DNA of 61,002 bases, filler included, from Aduncisulcus paluster (taxonomy: Eukaryota): NCBI GenBank assembly GCA_024181965.1. It is 3 parts of 3 records of this genome, joined end to end, with 100 filler letters (N's around TTAATTAATTAA, not from the genome) between each part and the next. Parts side by side here need not be neighbours in the genome. Positions count along the whole stretch, not along the records: positions 1 to 29,748 come from BQXS01013859.1; 2 more parts are not named here. One strand, 5' to 3'. Shown piece after piece: positions 8,819 through 21,300 of this stretch; position 1 is the first letter of the stretch; every line of letters begins with the position of its first letter. Below the pieces are notes generated by a model. The model did no database searches, had not been told where the DNA came from, and was given only the letters and a program-made list of their open reading frames with translations. A program made the position numbers and the translations under genes.

Positions 8819-10792
8819 TTATTTACGTCCCTGGAATCTTCTTCCTCTACCTCTGCTACGAGAACTATCCCGGCTGGAAGGTCTACTTCTTCCCATGAAT
8901 GATCTTGGACCACTCCTCCTCTTGAAGTCGTCCTTCATTCCTCTTCCATCCTTGGATGAATGACGGGATGCTCTTCTTTTCCCTTGCTCACTCTTTTTCT
9001 TCTCGGATTCACGTTTGTTCTTCATGAAATTCTCACTCTGACGAACCTTGTGCATTCCAGAATATACACACTGGAACCACCCCTTGCGATGGCGGGAGTG
9101 CATGGCCTTCCACATTCCATTGATTCCACCCTCAGCCTTGAAGATATAGAAAGAAGCGATGGTGGTGAAAGGGGGAAGAGAGGGAGAAGACTGAGTGAGA
9201 CTGTTGGATAATTTAATGACATCATTCAAATGGCCAACATAAACACTGAGCTCACGAATTTGAACACGGAGAACAGAAAGTTGCTCTTTCTCTTCTTCAG
9301 TTAACTCTTTGAGAGGTTGTTCCTCCTTTCCTTCCTCCTCCTTCTTCAACTCAGACTCTTCCTTCGCGGCAGATTCAGATTCCTTGTCAGAGGTGGTCTC
9401 AGTTTTGACTTCATCCTCGGGCTTTACCTCAAGATCCTCCGATTCAACAGGAGTCTCTTCCTCAGCCTTTTGCTCAGCTTTCCTCTTCCTCTCTTCAAGC
9501 TTCTGCTGGAAGCGTTCTTCATCTTGTTCAACCTGCTCCCGTGTTTTCTTTCCAAGCAATACATCTTGGTCGTAGAAAATGAAACGACGGTTTGAACTAA
9601 GCTTATGCAGAACAGGCGTACACAAATCAATCACTGCAGAGAACTTGGCAGAAAGAGCCTCAACAAGAGGATTCTCTTGTTTAATGGGATCCAAAAGCTT
9701 CCCAAAATCGACACCAAGGTGGTCTTTAAGGGCAAGAGCAACATCATCAACTCTCCCTACGGAATAGGCAGAACGGATGAAGATGAGGAGGAAGGCGAAG
9801 AGCAAGTTAATTGGGAAGGTGTCTTTGGTGAAAGACTCCTCTTTGGCTGCAACAACATCATCTTTGTATTCATCAACAATTTTCGTAATACCACTGAAGG
9901 AACGGACCAACAAATCGGATTCGGAGAGAACCCATCTATCAACAGCACCTAAACAATAGAGGGAGAATGATTGGAGAGCAGAAAGAGTCTTGGAATCAGT
10001 AATAGAAAGAGAGGAGGCTCCAAACACAAATCTTTCAACCAACGGAGTGAATAAATCACGCAAAATGGTTCTAGAGTTATAAAGAGGGATGGACAGGAGA
10101 GTTTCAACCAAAGAACGAGCGAAGTTAGAGAACATAGACTCATCTGACAAAAGAACTTGGTCTTCTTGTTCGAGACATATAAAAAGAAGCTTACTGCAGA
10201 AATAAGCTTTGATGGTTTGGGCAGTCCAGGGATTCACCTTGAAAAAGTCGTTAGTTCCTCTACGGATAGCTGTCCCAAAGGATCCCCACTTCTCTGGAGA
10301 TAATCCTTGGCGTTCAGCAGGATTGGCAGGTATTCCAACAGTTTCACATGCCTTCTGCTCAATTGAAGGCAATACTGTCACTAAAACAGCTGTTTTAACC
10401 TGTTCAATGTCCAAACGGAAGTAGGGGTGGCTGAAAATGGTTGACAAAATAGAATAGATTAAATTTTTCAAACTCTCGGGTCTACGAGGAATTTTGACAA
10501 TCTCTGAACCAGAAAAGGCCTGAGCTGCATTCTTCATGAGCTCTTTTTTCCAGAAGGCAAGTTCCTCTTCGGACAATGGACCTGGAACACTATCCTCATT
10601 TAAAGAACAAATAAGTTCACCAACAAATGGAATGATTTCTGAATCAAGAGCAGAGAAAACACCTTTCACTTGAGATTCTTCCCAGCTCTTCGTTTCAACC
10701 TCTTTAAGTGACTTACGAAGGTCTTCAAGCTCACCAAATGATTCAGGAAGCTTTTTAACGATTTCTTTAAGAGTATCTTTGAAGGACTCCAT
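8819..10792 (-). CDS. Helical protein with acidic coiled coil and RS/RG-rich tail; weak resemblance to THO complex subunit 1
   Basis: 657 aa ORF with biased codon usage. C-terminal SRPSSRDSSRSRGRGRR. NGMWKAMHSRHRKGWFQ loosely resembles the THOC1 WRALR..R..FFQ segment. The CDS is solid but the function is tentative. Confidence 0.75.
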   Translation of the reverse strand: MESFKDTLKEIVKKLPESFGELEDLRKSLKEVETKSWEESQVKGVFSALDSEIIPFVGELICSLNEDSVPGPLSEEELAFWKKELMKNAAQAFSGSEIVKIPRRPESLKNLIYSILSTIFSHPYFRLDIEQVKTAVLVTVLPSIEQKACETVGIPANPAERQGLSPEKWGSFGTAIRRGTNDFFKVNPWTAQTIKAYFCSKLLFICLEQEDQVLLSDESMFSNFARSLVETLLSIPLYNSRTILRDLFTPLVERFVFGASSLSITDSKTLSALQSFSLYCLGAVDRWVLSESDLLVRSFSGITKIVDEYKDDVVAAKEESFTKDTFPINLLFAFLLIFIRSAYSVGRVDDVALALKDHLGVDFGKLLDPIKQENPLVEALSAKFSAVIDLCTPVLHKLSSNRRFIFYDQDVLLGKKTREQVEQDEERFQQKLEERKRKAEQKAEEETPVESEDLEVKPEDEVKTETTSDKESESAAKEESELKKEEEGKEEQPLKELTEEEKEQLSVLRVQIRELSVYVGHLNDVIKLSNSLTQSSPSLPPFTTIASFYIFKAEGGINGMWKAMHSRHRKGWFQCVYSGMHKVRQSENFMKNKRESEKKKSEQGKRRASRHSSKDGRGMKDDFKRRSGPRSFMGRSRPSSRDSSRSRGRGRRFQGRK

Positions 10793-11044
10793 TTCAAGAC
10801 CGGACGACCATGACGCAAAATGTCTTATTTTGAAAATGGTTATATATTGGATCGAATTTGATTATTTTTCTATTGATCAAACAATTTCATGTTTTTTTTA
10901 GTTGGATTGAGATTGACTTTCTTCCAATAATTGATTTTAAAAAAAGAGTATGTTGGACGAGCAAAACTGTAATTTATTGATTAATTAAGATTGGAAAAAA
11001 GAAATCTAAGTGTTTAAAATAGAAAAAAAGGTGGGAGGTCCTAA

Positions 11045-12183
11045 TTAATAGACAATAGCGGGCCATGAGATGGCATCTTTGTGGGATTTGCAAGTCGAAT
11101 AGTCGGAGCTAATAATATCATCAGAGCAATCAATCATGTTCAAATTAAGATCAAAGCAGGCATTAATGCCGAAGAGCTCATTACTTTGGCATTTTAGAGA
11201 AACTTTTGAGCCATATAGATTGGCGAGTTGATCCATCACATCATCATACACCAAATCAGAGTCACCAGCTGTGTAGCCAGCTTGGTTCATCATTCCTTCC
11301 AAATTGAGAACTTGAAGAAGATAGAGAGTCTCACTCATGTAATCATGCTCATCTCCAAAAACATCAGGATCCCCAGCTATAGCACAAGTTCCATGTTTGT
11401 TGAATTCGTGCTCCCACAAGTAATCAACATGGTGGGTCTTTTTGGCATCGATGAAGGAAGAATTGCACCCATCTTTTCCTTCAGAACTGTTGTAATCGGG
11501 CCAATTAACGATGAGATCGTTGTATAGATCCATAATCAAATTCTCATCCCATGAAGTTCCACCACAGTTCTCTGGATAACTGCGGTCACTGTTTTCAGGC
11601 CAATTTCCATGGATGGTGAAAGAGTTTGTGCAAGGATTAAGCCAGCAAGAGCTATCTCTGTCGGACGTAGGACAGATAGTTTGGGGCCAAAAAGTTTCAA
11701 ACTATAATAAAAAAAAATGATAANNNNNNNNNNNNNNNNNNNNATGAAGGAAGAATTGCACCCATCTTTTCCTTCAGAACTGTTGTAATCGGGCCAATTA
11801 ACGATGAGATCGTTGTATAGATCCATAATCAAATTCTCATCCCATGAAGTTCCACCACAGTTCTCTGGATAACTGCGGTCACTGTTTTCAGGCCAATTTC
11901 CATGGATGGTGAAAGAGTTTGTGCAAGGATTAAGCCAGCAAGAGCTATCTCTGTCGGACGTAGGACAGATAGTTTGGGGCCAAAAAGTTTCAAACTATAA
12001 TAAAAAAAATGATAATAACAAAAATAATATTGTGAATAATACAAATTCAATTATTTTGTTGGAAAAAGGAAGAAACATATCAAAACATACGAGAAACATC
12101 TCAAAAGAGGTAGAATTGGCGGCTTCAGCGGATACAGAAAAAACAATCCCAAGAATTATTAGAATTGATAAAATTTTAGTCAT
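11045..12183 (-). CDS. Secreted ribonuclease T2, ~249 aa after removing the intron and the duplicated segment (exon 1 12091-12183, exon 2 11045-11701)
   Basis: Signal peptide MTKILSILIILGIVFSVSA; CAS I FTIHGNWP and CAS II LWEHEFNKHGTC with both catalytic His; conserved Cys pattern. Confidence 0.92.
11451..12016. repeat. Perfect 273 bp duplication (11451-11723 = 11744-12016) flanking a 20-N gap; assembly overlap artefact
   Basis: Identical copies on either side of the gap, offset 293. Confidence 0.9.
11995..12090 (-). other. Spliceosomal intron (96 nt, phase 0) in RNase T2
   Basis: GTATGT donor at 12090 and T-rich TATAG acceptor; splicing gives FEMFL|FETFWP, matching the T2 N-terminal motif. 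Confidence 0.88.
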
Positions 12184-12382
12184 TATTGTGATACAAATTG
12201 AGTTGTTGGAGAAGGAATGAAAATCGTTGAACTTGCCCCCGATTATTTTTGATTTTTCATAAGAAAATATCGGAATGAAATTTTGGAAAATCGTTAAAAT
12301 CGATTTATATTTTTCCAATTTCCTTCATTTCAGTTCATATCTTCACAATTATTATTGGAGATTTGAGTCGGAATTATGAAGT

Positions 12383-15300
12383 ATGATATATAAACCTGGA
12401 CAAATATTCCTGTGTATAGTCCATAAAATACATAATCAATACATCGAAGTTATTATTCCAGGCCCTACAATTGTTTTGGTTTCTAGAAGTGAAATTAGTG
12501 ATTTCTTTGCATATAAAACAGCATTAATCGATAAACAAATCGGTGGTTATTCCATCAGCCTCCCCCCTTTAGGTAAAGTGGTTAAAAGAGGACAGCTACT
12601 ATATTGTTGTATTTTACAGGTGAAAACACAACCTATATCAATAATCGGATCGATTAGATCTTCTATAATCAATGGAATTTTGCAGAAAAATCAATCTAAA
12701 TCAGGTTTTCGGCTTAGTTCAGAGAGCTATCAACCCCACGCTTTTTCCCAAGATTCTATTGTGTACGGAGAAGTATCATCATGTGATAAAAGGGTTATCC
12801 AAATTAAATTTAGTCGAGTTGCTGATTATTATCATCACCTTGTTGAGCACTTGCCAACTCCCACTTTCCCTCATAATTCTCTACCTATGGTCACTGGTCT
12901 TCTTGAATATGAACATATCCAAAGAAAAGCGACTAAACGGGGCGAAAAAAAGAAGGAAAAGAATGTTATTGATATTGGCACTCCTGTTCTTTGTATTGTA
13001 AAACGAAATGTATCGAAACCTCAATTCTTGATGGAACAGGAGCTTAGAAGGGCACAAGAATGGCAAAAAGAGCAAGATTCCTTTATTCCAAGAGAAATTA
13101 AATCAATATCAAGCAAGCTAGATTCTCTTCATTCTCATCCACTATCGAAAGGAGAAATCAAATTAGATACTCAGGATGAAAATGAGGGTATCTCACATGA
13201 AAGCACACAAAGCAAATTTCTTTTCCCTAAATGTGAATCTTCATTTTCAGAATCTTCATGTTTTTTGCTTTCTAGAAGAATTTCTTCGTTTATGATGCCA
13301 CTTATGATGCCCATTCTGGGATCGGCTATTCGTGCTTCCAACCATAAAAATCATTCAGAGAATCATCATTCTTCTTCCTTGTCCCAACATAAATGCATCG
13401 ATTACATTGAATTTTACTCTTCTAAACGTCTGTTCTCGCAGATGGATGTTTTGCGAGAAGTTATAAGCTCAAAGTTTATGAAGGATGTTGGAAGTAAGTC
13501 AGACCGAAAAAAGGATAAATTAGAGGAAAAACATTCTTTTGCAACAAAATCTGATGGGAGTGGACATCCATCAATTCATCTCCCTCATTCCAAATTTCAC
13601 TGTTCTGATATTCCTCATTCTATCACTCATGAACTTAAACAACCATCATTCCCACTCGACTCTGTCAAAGTTCGCATTGAAAGGGGACTTGAAGTGTTGT
13701 TTTATTTGGATGAGGAAGGGAATGAATGCTATCTCACTCAAGAGCAGTATAATAATGAATTGCAAAGGTTTATAAGTGAAAACCGTTCAATATGGGAAGA
13801 AAAAAAGAAGTTTCTCGATGTTCAGCAAGGATTACGACGAACCATTGCTTCATTAGCTGGGGGTGTATCATATGGTCCGTCCCGTCTTCGTACCAGATAT
13901 AGATATGGTCAACGAAATGATTCCTCTGATTCTGTCCTCACTGGAGAAGAGCGTGTGATTGACTATGGTGACAGTGTGATGGATGATGACTCTGTTGTTG
14001 GGAATGGTGCAGAGAAGGATACAACCACTCAGGCCTCTTGTTCTACTCTGGATGATATCTCATCCTCTGAGAGTGACGATGACGATTCTTCCTTGAGATC
14101 TATGTCAGGAGAAGATGAAGATAGAATTGAATATTCTTTTGATTACAGTGATTCCCAGTCAAGCTTTCATAAGGATAGGGAGTCTCAGGATGAACATGAG
14201 TGTCAATTCTCTTCTTCAAAATCAACAATTCTACACGATGGTTCAGTTCTTAAACGATCATCGGAAAAGGACTTTCTCCACATTTTGAACAAGATGGGTG
14301 ATAATCTTGGCTTTGGGATATCTCCAAAATACAATTCTTCTCCTTTTCCAGTGTCTTTCCAAAAACCAACAAGGAAACAAACAAAACCACCGCAAAGGAA
14401 AAAAGTACATGTGACAAATCGAATTCGTGTTTCTTTGAAATCGTCCCCGTTAAAAGGAAAAGTTACCACTCCTTCTCCTCTAAGTGGTTCCTCTAGGATG
14501 TTCAGGATGATTGAGGAGATATATGGGACAATTCCTGTCGATCATGAGGAGTGTATGTTCATGTATTACATGTACAAAATGAGGATTTATTTCATTTATC
14601 TCTGGTTATTAGAGAGTGTTCGTGCACGTAGATGTCTCATCATGTCTTGGGAATACCAGATATCCAAAGGAATGGCACAAGGTGGAGACTCAACGAAATG
14701 TTCTCTGGATGCAGGTGGAGTAGTGATGAAATCATTTTCTACTTCCTCCATCTCTTCCATTTCTTCCATTCCACCAAATATTTGTTCAAATATCACTTTC
14801 CAACGGTTTTCTCTTGATCAAGAAATCTTTCTTCTTCAACGATTCCAATATTTACTTCAAGAATTCCAATCAGAAGCATTCGATATGAGATACTTTGAAT
14901 TATATCAAGGCATTAACTCAAACAAACGAGGAAGTTCGAAAAGTTGGAAGAAGTGGAACGCACAACTTAAATCGCTAAAAGACAAGAGTGAGAGTGAACA
15001 ACATAATGATGAGGTTCAGCATTTACAGGATCTTTTTGGATCCTTATCGGGGCATAATCATAGATTTAGTTATGCACAATCTCGTTCCTCTAAATCGAAA
15101 CTCGCTGGTATCCCTATCAGTGATTTTCCCTCAGGCGAAACAACCTCAACTCAACCATTTCTCAGAGAACATCGTTCATTTCAGAATTTTGCCGAATATA
15201 TTGCTTATTTGAGGAATGAACATGTTCGCTCGAAGAATCTAGCAAGGATGGCACCAATGATCGGTCATGATGGAGTTCATATTACTCATGGTACTTCATT

Positions 15301-18300
15301 GGCTGTGGTAGATATGGTTCCCCTTCCAAGTATGGATGAGGTGGATAGTGAAGCTCAACAAAAACCAAAGGGACATAAACTATCAACACGGGTGCTTAGA
15401 AAAGAGAAGGATGCCAATGAAGACACTCTAGATCGTCTTGATACTGTTCGTGAAGGAATTGAACATAGCGATTCTATCATTGAAGACAGTTTATCTGCAC
15501 CTAATCATGTTCATCGATCAGAGAATGACCATCACCACTCACCTTCTCTTTCCTTCTCTGAACACCCTTCCTTGGTGGATGAGATTGTTTCTCACACGAT
15601 GGATATTCTTGAGAAGGAAGTTAGAGAGCTTGGTGGAATTATTGATCATCATTTATGGGGTGCAAAGTGGTTTGATATTCGAAAAGAAGAGAGTGATAAG
15701 CGCCACAGACGATATCTTAAATCCAAGAAGCGTCTTGAGAAGAAATCTTTGAGGAGTGGTACCCTTATTCGAGAAACCGATGAACATTATCAAGATAAAG
15801 CTGCTTTTGGAGATGAAGAAGAAATCCCATACACATTCGATGTTCGTCCTGAGTATGAGGAGGAAGAGATTCCATTTGTATCGGAATCTGAGTTAGATAC
15901 TGATGTTATCGCTCAATTGTTATTCAAGATTCCCAAAAATGAACTTGAAGAGATAAGAATTGAGAGAGAAATTGTTCGAGAAAAGCAACGCCGAAAAGAA
16001 AGACGGCATGCTTTGCACACAAAACAATTTCAGAAACAATCTGAGCTTGGATTTCGTGTTACAGAACCTATCTCTGAGGACAGTAGTAGCAGTATCTTAC
16101 ATGATGTCCATCAGAGGGATATTGAGACCTTATCAATGACCCAGAGAACTGAAGAACCTGATAATGAGCAAGAAGTAATTATCGAAGAGGTTCCTTTCCA
16201 AATGAAGGATGATGGCGATTCCATGAATTCCATGTCATCAAGTACAGCAATTACTGTGGAGGAGCGTAATGTTGCAAACCCTGAGAGGGAGTATCCCAGT
16301 GAGAATGAGAAAGGGGTTGTTCTCCCACGTATGAGTAAGTCAAGTTTCAGTATGTTGTTTATTTCTTCTTTCTGGAGACAAGTGAAAGATGTATTCTGTT
16401 GTGAACGAAACTCTTCAATTGCATTCGTATATGGTCCAAATTCTCATTTTTCTGAGCTTATCTCGACTCTTTTTGTTGCTTCTCTGATTGTTCTTGTTTT
16501 TTTGACGATAACTATGTTTCCCTATAATATTCCTGAAGGATCTCACCAAGTTTTCACTGTAATATCTCTAAGATTGTCCTCATTGTGGGATTATTTCATT
16601 CTTCAGCGTAGATTCTTCACATTTTTCATCATAGTTCCGCTTTTTTTCTATATTTTTGTATTAATATTGATATACATTTCATTTTACTTTAACTCTAAGA
16701 CTCTGGTTCATACAAATACATTATTACAACGACGTCAGCCTGCAGAATCCTCTGAATCTCACGAACATACACGAATATGGAGTGATTTTTGGAATTTACT
16801 ATCTGTATTCATTGTTTTATTTATATTTCCAATTTTTATATATCCTTTGTTTTCTTATCATAGTGCTTGTTTGGTTTTGATTGCTGATTTTCTATGTCCA
16901 AGTTCAGATTTTGCTCGAAGACTCCAAAATATTCCATTGTTTTGGTTTTCACAGCTCAGATTTGTTGATTCTCCGGGCTTGTTGTTATGTATGTTTATTT
17001 TCCTTTCTGTGTGTTTATTTGTATATATGTGGTTGTTTGTAACGGTTGTCCAAGCAGCTCCACCAATATTACTCCTCAAGCCACATCCCCACATGATTGT
17101 TGACAGTTCGTTTCCTGTTCAGGTTGTACGGGCCTTTGGAATTATGATGTGGATCAAGTGTTTATTATCATCCTTTCTGTATTCATTGTTTTATTTATAT
17201 TTCCAATTTTTATATATCCTTTGTTTTCTTATCATAGTGCTTGTTTGGTTTTGATTGCTGATTTTCTATGTCCAAGTTCAGATTTTGCTCGAAGACTCCA
17301 AAATATTCCATTGTTTTGGTTTTCACAGCTCAGATTTGTTGATTCTCCGGGCTTGTTGTTATGTATGTTTATTTTCCTTTCTGTGTGTTTATTTGTATAT
17401 ATGTGGTTGTTTGTAACGGTTGTCCAAGCAGCTCCACCAATATTACTCCTCAAGCCACATCCCCACATGATTGTTGACAGTTCGTTTCCTGTTCAGGTTG
17501 TACGGGCCTTTGGAATTATGATGTGGATCAAGTGTTTATTATCATCCTTTAATGTAAATCCCTCGATTACATTTTCATTATGCCTTATTTGTGTGCTTTC
17601 TTCAATATGGATGGTGATCGATAGACAACCTTTCTTTTCCTCAATTGTAAACAACAAGATTGTGTTTGTTCAGGCATTATGTGTTGGGATTTCTGTTTGT
17701 GATGTCATTTGGTTGAAAAGACAAGTACGAAATCCTTATGATCCTTTGGGAGTCAATTATAAATTTTCTACGTTAATTTATCGCTTTATATCGCGAATTG
17801 TTATCATTTTATTCATTGTCCATCTAATAATGATTATAAATTCAATTGTGCAATATGATATCATGAAACGGGTTTTGAGATTTTTGAGGAGATTCAATAA
17901 GACAGGTGGGGGTGATATTGTTATTGGGGATCGTTTAGTTCATCCTACTCATAAAAAACGAGGGTTTGGAGAAGTTTCTAAGGATAAATCATCCTTTTCC
18001 TCAAGACTTGGAACGAATCCAAAGGTTTCTACCCTATTTTCTCAAACTTACATCTCAAAAAAGTATTTTCGTAATCTGAGTCATTTAGATTCCGACCATG
18101 TTAGCCTCCCCTCAAGCAATGAAAACTCGAGTTATAGTGATTCATTCCAGATATCAAAACGGGGGATCATTCATGACACAATTCCTATTACCCCATCGGA
18201 TGGGAAAATATCCACAAGTGAGATTGCACATTCTGATCAACAATTATTAATTAAAAGTGTAGAGTCAAGATCAAAAAGAGTTTGTCAATCAACTTATTTA

Positions 18301-21300
18301 TCCTCTTCTCCAGAACCTTCATTGGATGAGAATTGGATGGTTCCAACCCATTCTCTTCCTTCATGTCATTGTAATCCTCTCCCAACTCCTCCATTGCACT
18401 CGTTTTCATCACCACACTGCTCATTTCGTCCTTCAATGCCCTCAATATCCATGCAATGTTCCCACTCTCCAATCGTGATGCATATTCACACAGATACAGA
18501 GGTTGGTCCAAGGATCGAAAAATGGAGAAAATTGATGAGATTAAAGTATGGAATGGGTGAAGCAGAATGGGAGTGGAGATGGAAGAAGGATTTCATCACT
18601 CATCATAGAGATGTTTCTATCCCTAAACACGATAATAGATCATCTTTGGGATCAGATCAATTGAGTATAAGTGCAAAAAGTATGCAATCTGCACGTTGCT
18701 CAAAACCTTCGATGAGCCATACTTCAACTTCGGTAATAATTAATCAAAACAATTTCCCATCTGCTTTGGCTGATTCACGTGGAATGTTTTTAGATCATCT
18801 TCGAGCTCTTCTTCTATCTTCTTCACCAATTCGATCGTTGACATCTCTCTGCTCTTGTGTGTGGAACGTTCAGCCTCGAGAAGGGAATTTCACTGGGTAT
18901 GATTGTGTATGCATCCCTCCTGAAGAAGATTCCATGGATCTAGGAGAAAGTTGCTCCACCCATAAGCAAACATTATCAAAAATCTCTACCTCATCACATC
19001 GGGACGAAAGACGAGGAACTGAGGGAAATCTTAAAATTCAGCGTTCTGTGAGGTATTTTAAAGAACAGTATCTGGGAAATATGAGTGATTCAAGAAGCTA
19101 TGGGCAGCAACAGGAAACAGGTGATGCAATGGGAACTTATCTCCAACATCAAAGTTCTAACCTTCCTCGGAGTTCCTCTACAAGCATAGATCTGCCTCAT
19201 TCAGAACCTCGAATTAATTCAATGGACGATGTCAAAGCTGATAATGAGGTTATATTTCCCAATACTTCAAATATCAGTGTTAAACGAGAGATTCAATGTA
19301 AAGAGGCTTGGGTCGAGCCACAATATGAGATCCCATTTGTTATTCGGGAGAGATTACCAGCCGTGACATTAAGTGCGTGTGTTCTTCCTCCTCATCCTAT
19401 CGCTGTTGCGCTGCTTCCTTTCCTGATTCTTCTTTGGGTGTTTGACATTCTTTTTATTTATCCATTTTTATGCATAGGGGTATTTATCAAAGAAAGAAGG
19501 ACATATCGAACCCAATCCAATAGAAAAACCAATGAAAACCCCAAGAAACAGGGTTCATATCGGATAAATGAATGTGTGAAGGATGAAACTATGATCATTA
19601 CTTCTATATATCATTCTCTTCATGAAAATAAGCCTCACTTTTCTTCATTTTCTGGTTCTTTGCAGCTTTTCATGGCGATTATGGTTGATAAGTTCGTCTA
19701 TAAGTACTCAAAGTTTCGTCCTGCAATGTGGGCAGATACAATAACGTATTATCTCCTGAAATTGGATGAAGATGGCGGAAAGGAATGTAAGAGGCGAGAG
19801 AGGAGACGACAGGAGAAGATTCAACAACGCTTGGCTATTTTGAGGTCCAAGGGATATTGTCAGAATCGGAAAGGAAGAGAAAAGCAGAGTCGTATTTCTT
19901 ATTTTGCCTCTGATCCTGAATTAGATGACGAGATTTCCTCTTCAAATGAAGATCCCTTCGATAATCAAATTTGTAACGACTATACTTTGTGCTCTGAATT
20001 AGATCCAAGTTGGAAGATTTTATTTGATATTTTTATGCGAGAGAGCAGGGGTCCTTTGAAGAGATGCTCTGAGAATCATGACACATGTTGCTGGAAAGAT
20101 AATATAGATGCTGAATTTTCTTCTGATAGTGTTATGTCCGAGAATAATCAGAAGTTGGACTCCATGGAAATGTTAAGATCTCTCGACTTTGACCATCTAT
20201 CTGATGATAGATCTGTTGCCATTATGAAATCTTTATCTTTTGAACCATCAGAATTTGACTCCAATACTGTAAATGTGTCAAGTTTTGCTGTTCATCGTGA
20301 GACATCTTTAATATCTGATCGTATTGCAAAGAGTATTACTCTTCTTGATGATCGTGCTGAAATATCATCCTATTCATTGCCGATGAGGAAAGGAAAGAGG
20401 ATGAGACAACAAGAATTCCGAACAGCTCTGAGGGAAGAACTGAAGAAGCGGATGGATCAGCACTATTCAAGACATTCAATGAAAAATAGTTCCATCATTC
20501 CATCGTCGGAGCTTGAGAAACATACCAATGCAGATGAATATTTTGAATATTCTCAATTATCCTCAATCTCTGATGATTCTCAGGATGAAAATATTGTTAC
20601 TTCATCAGGAACTAAATGTTATTCAGTGGTTAGAGTTTTTTCTTCGATTTGTACATGGATTGTCAGTGGATATTATTCTTTGTTCCCAAGAATGATTGAC
20701 AATTCATCATCTTTTCTTGGGACCCAATCAATTCAACATTCTCCCCAATTATCTCAATTGTTACCTTTCAGAAAACCATATCATTATCGCATTGCTACTT
20801 TACGTATTGCACGTGTGTTATTTGCCGAGAGTTGTGAACGAATGAGGAAAGAAGTCCAACTTGATGAACAGATGAGAAAATTTCAAATCATGAAAAATGA
20901 TAAGTTGAAGCAGAAAAGGAGGTGTGATGAGAAAAAAAACAGGATTCGAATGAGGAGAATGGGGAAGAAAAAATCTTATCGGCTTGATGGATTTGAAAGT
21001 GAATGTTCAAGTTCTGAGGAATCAAGTCAAGAGGATATGCTATCATATTCAGAGATTAGAGATGAAATAATGAATATGATGCATGAGTTGGATGGTAAGT
21101 GCCCTATTTCTCAAAAATTATTATGTAGATTACCTCATATCAAAAAGAGATATGTAGATGGAGTTCTTCAGCCAAATGGTTATCTCCATGATAATACCCT
21201 TGTTGTTGGTCCCCTTCACGATCATCCAATGGTTCAGGTTATGGCCAGAGAACTTGGAATTCTAACAATAGTCAAACAGTCTAACTATGTCGCTAGAGGA

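Noticed and set aside
11536..12050. Apparent tandem RNase T2 paralogues
   Set aside because: Identical copies flank a 20-N gap, consistent with one gene and an unmerged overlap
17149..17254. Programmed frameshifting between overlapping giant ORFs
   Set aside because: The frame changes coincide exactly with perfect duplication junctions
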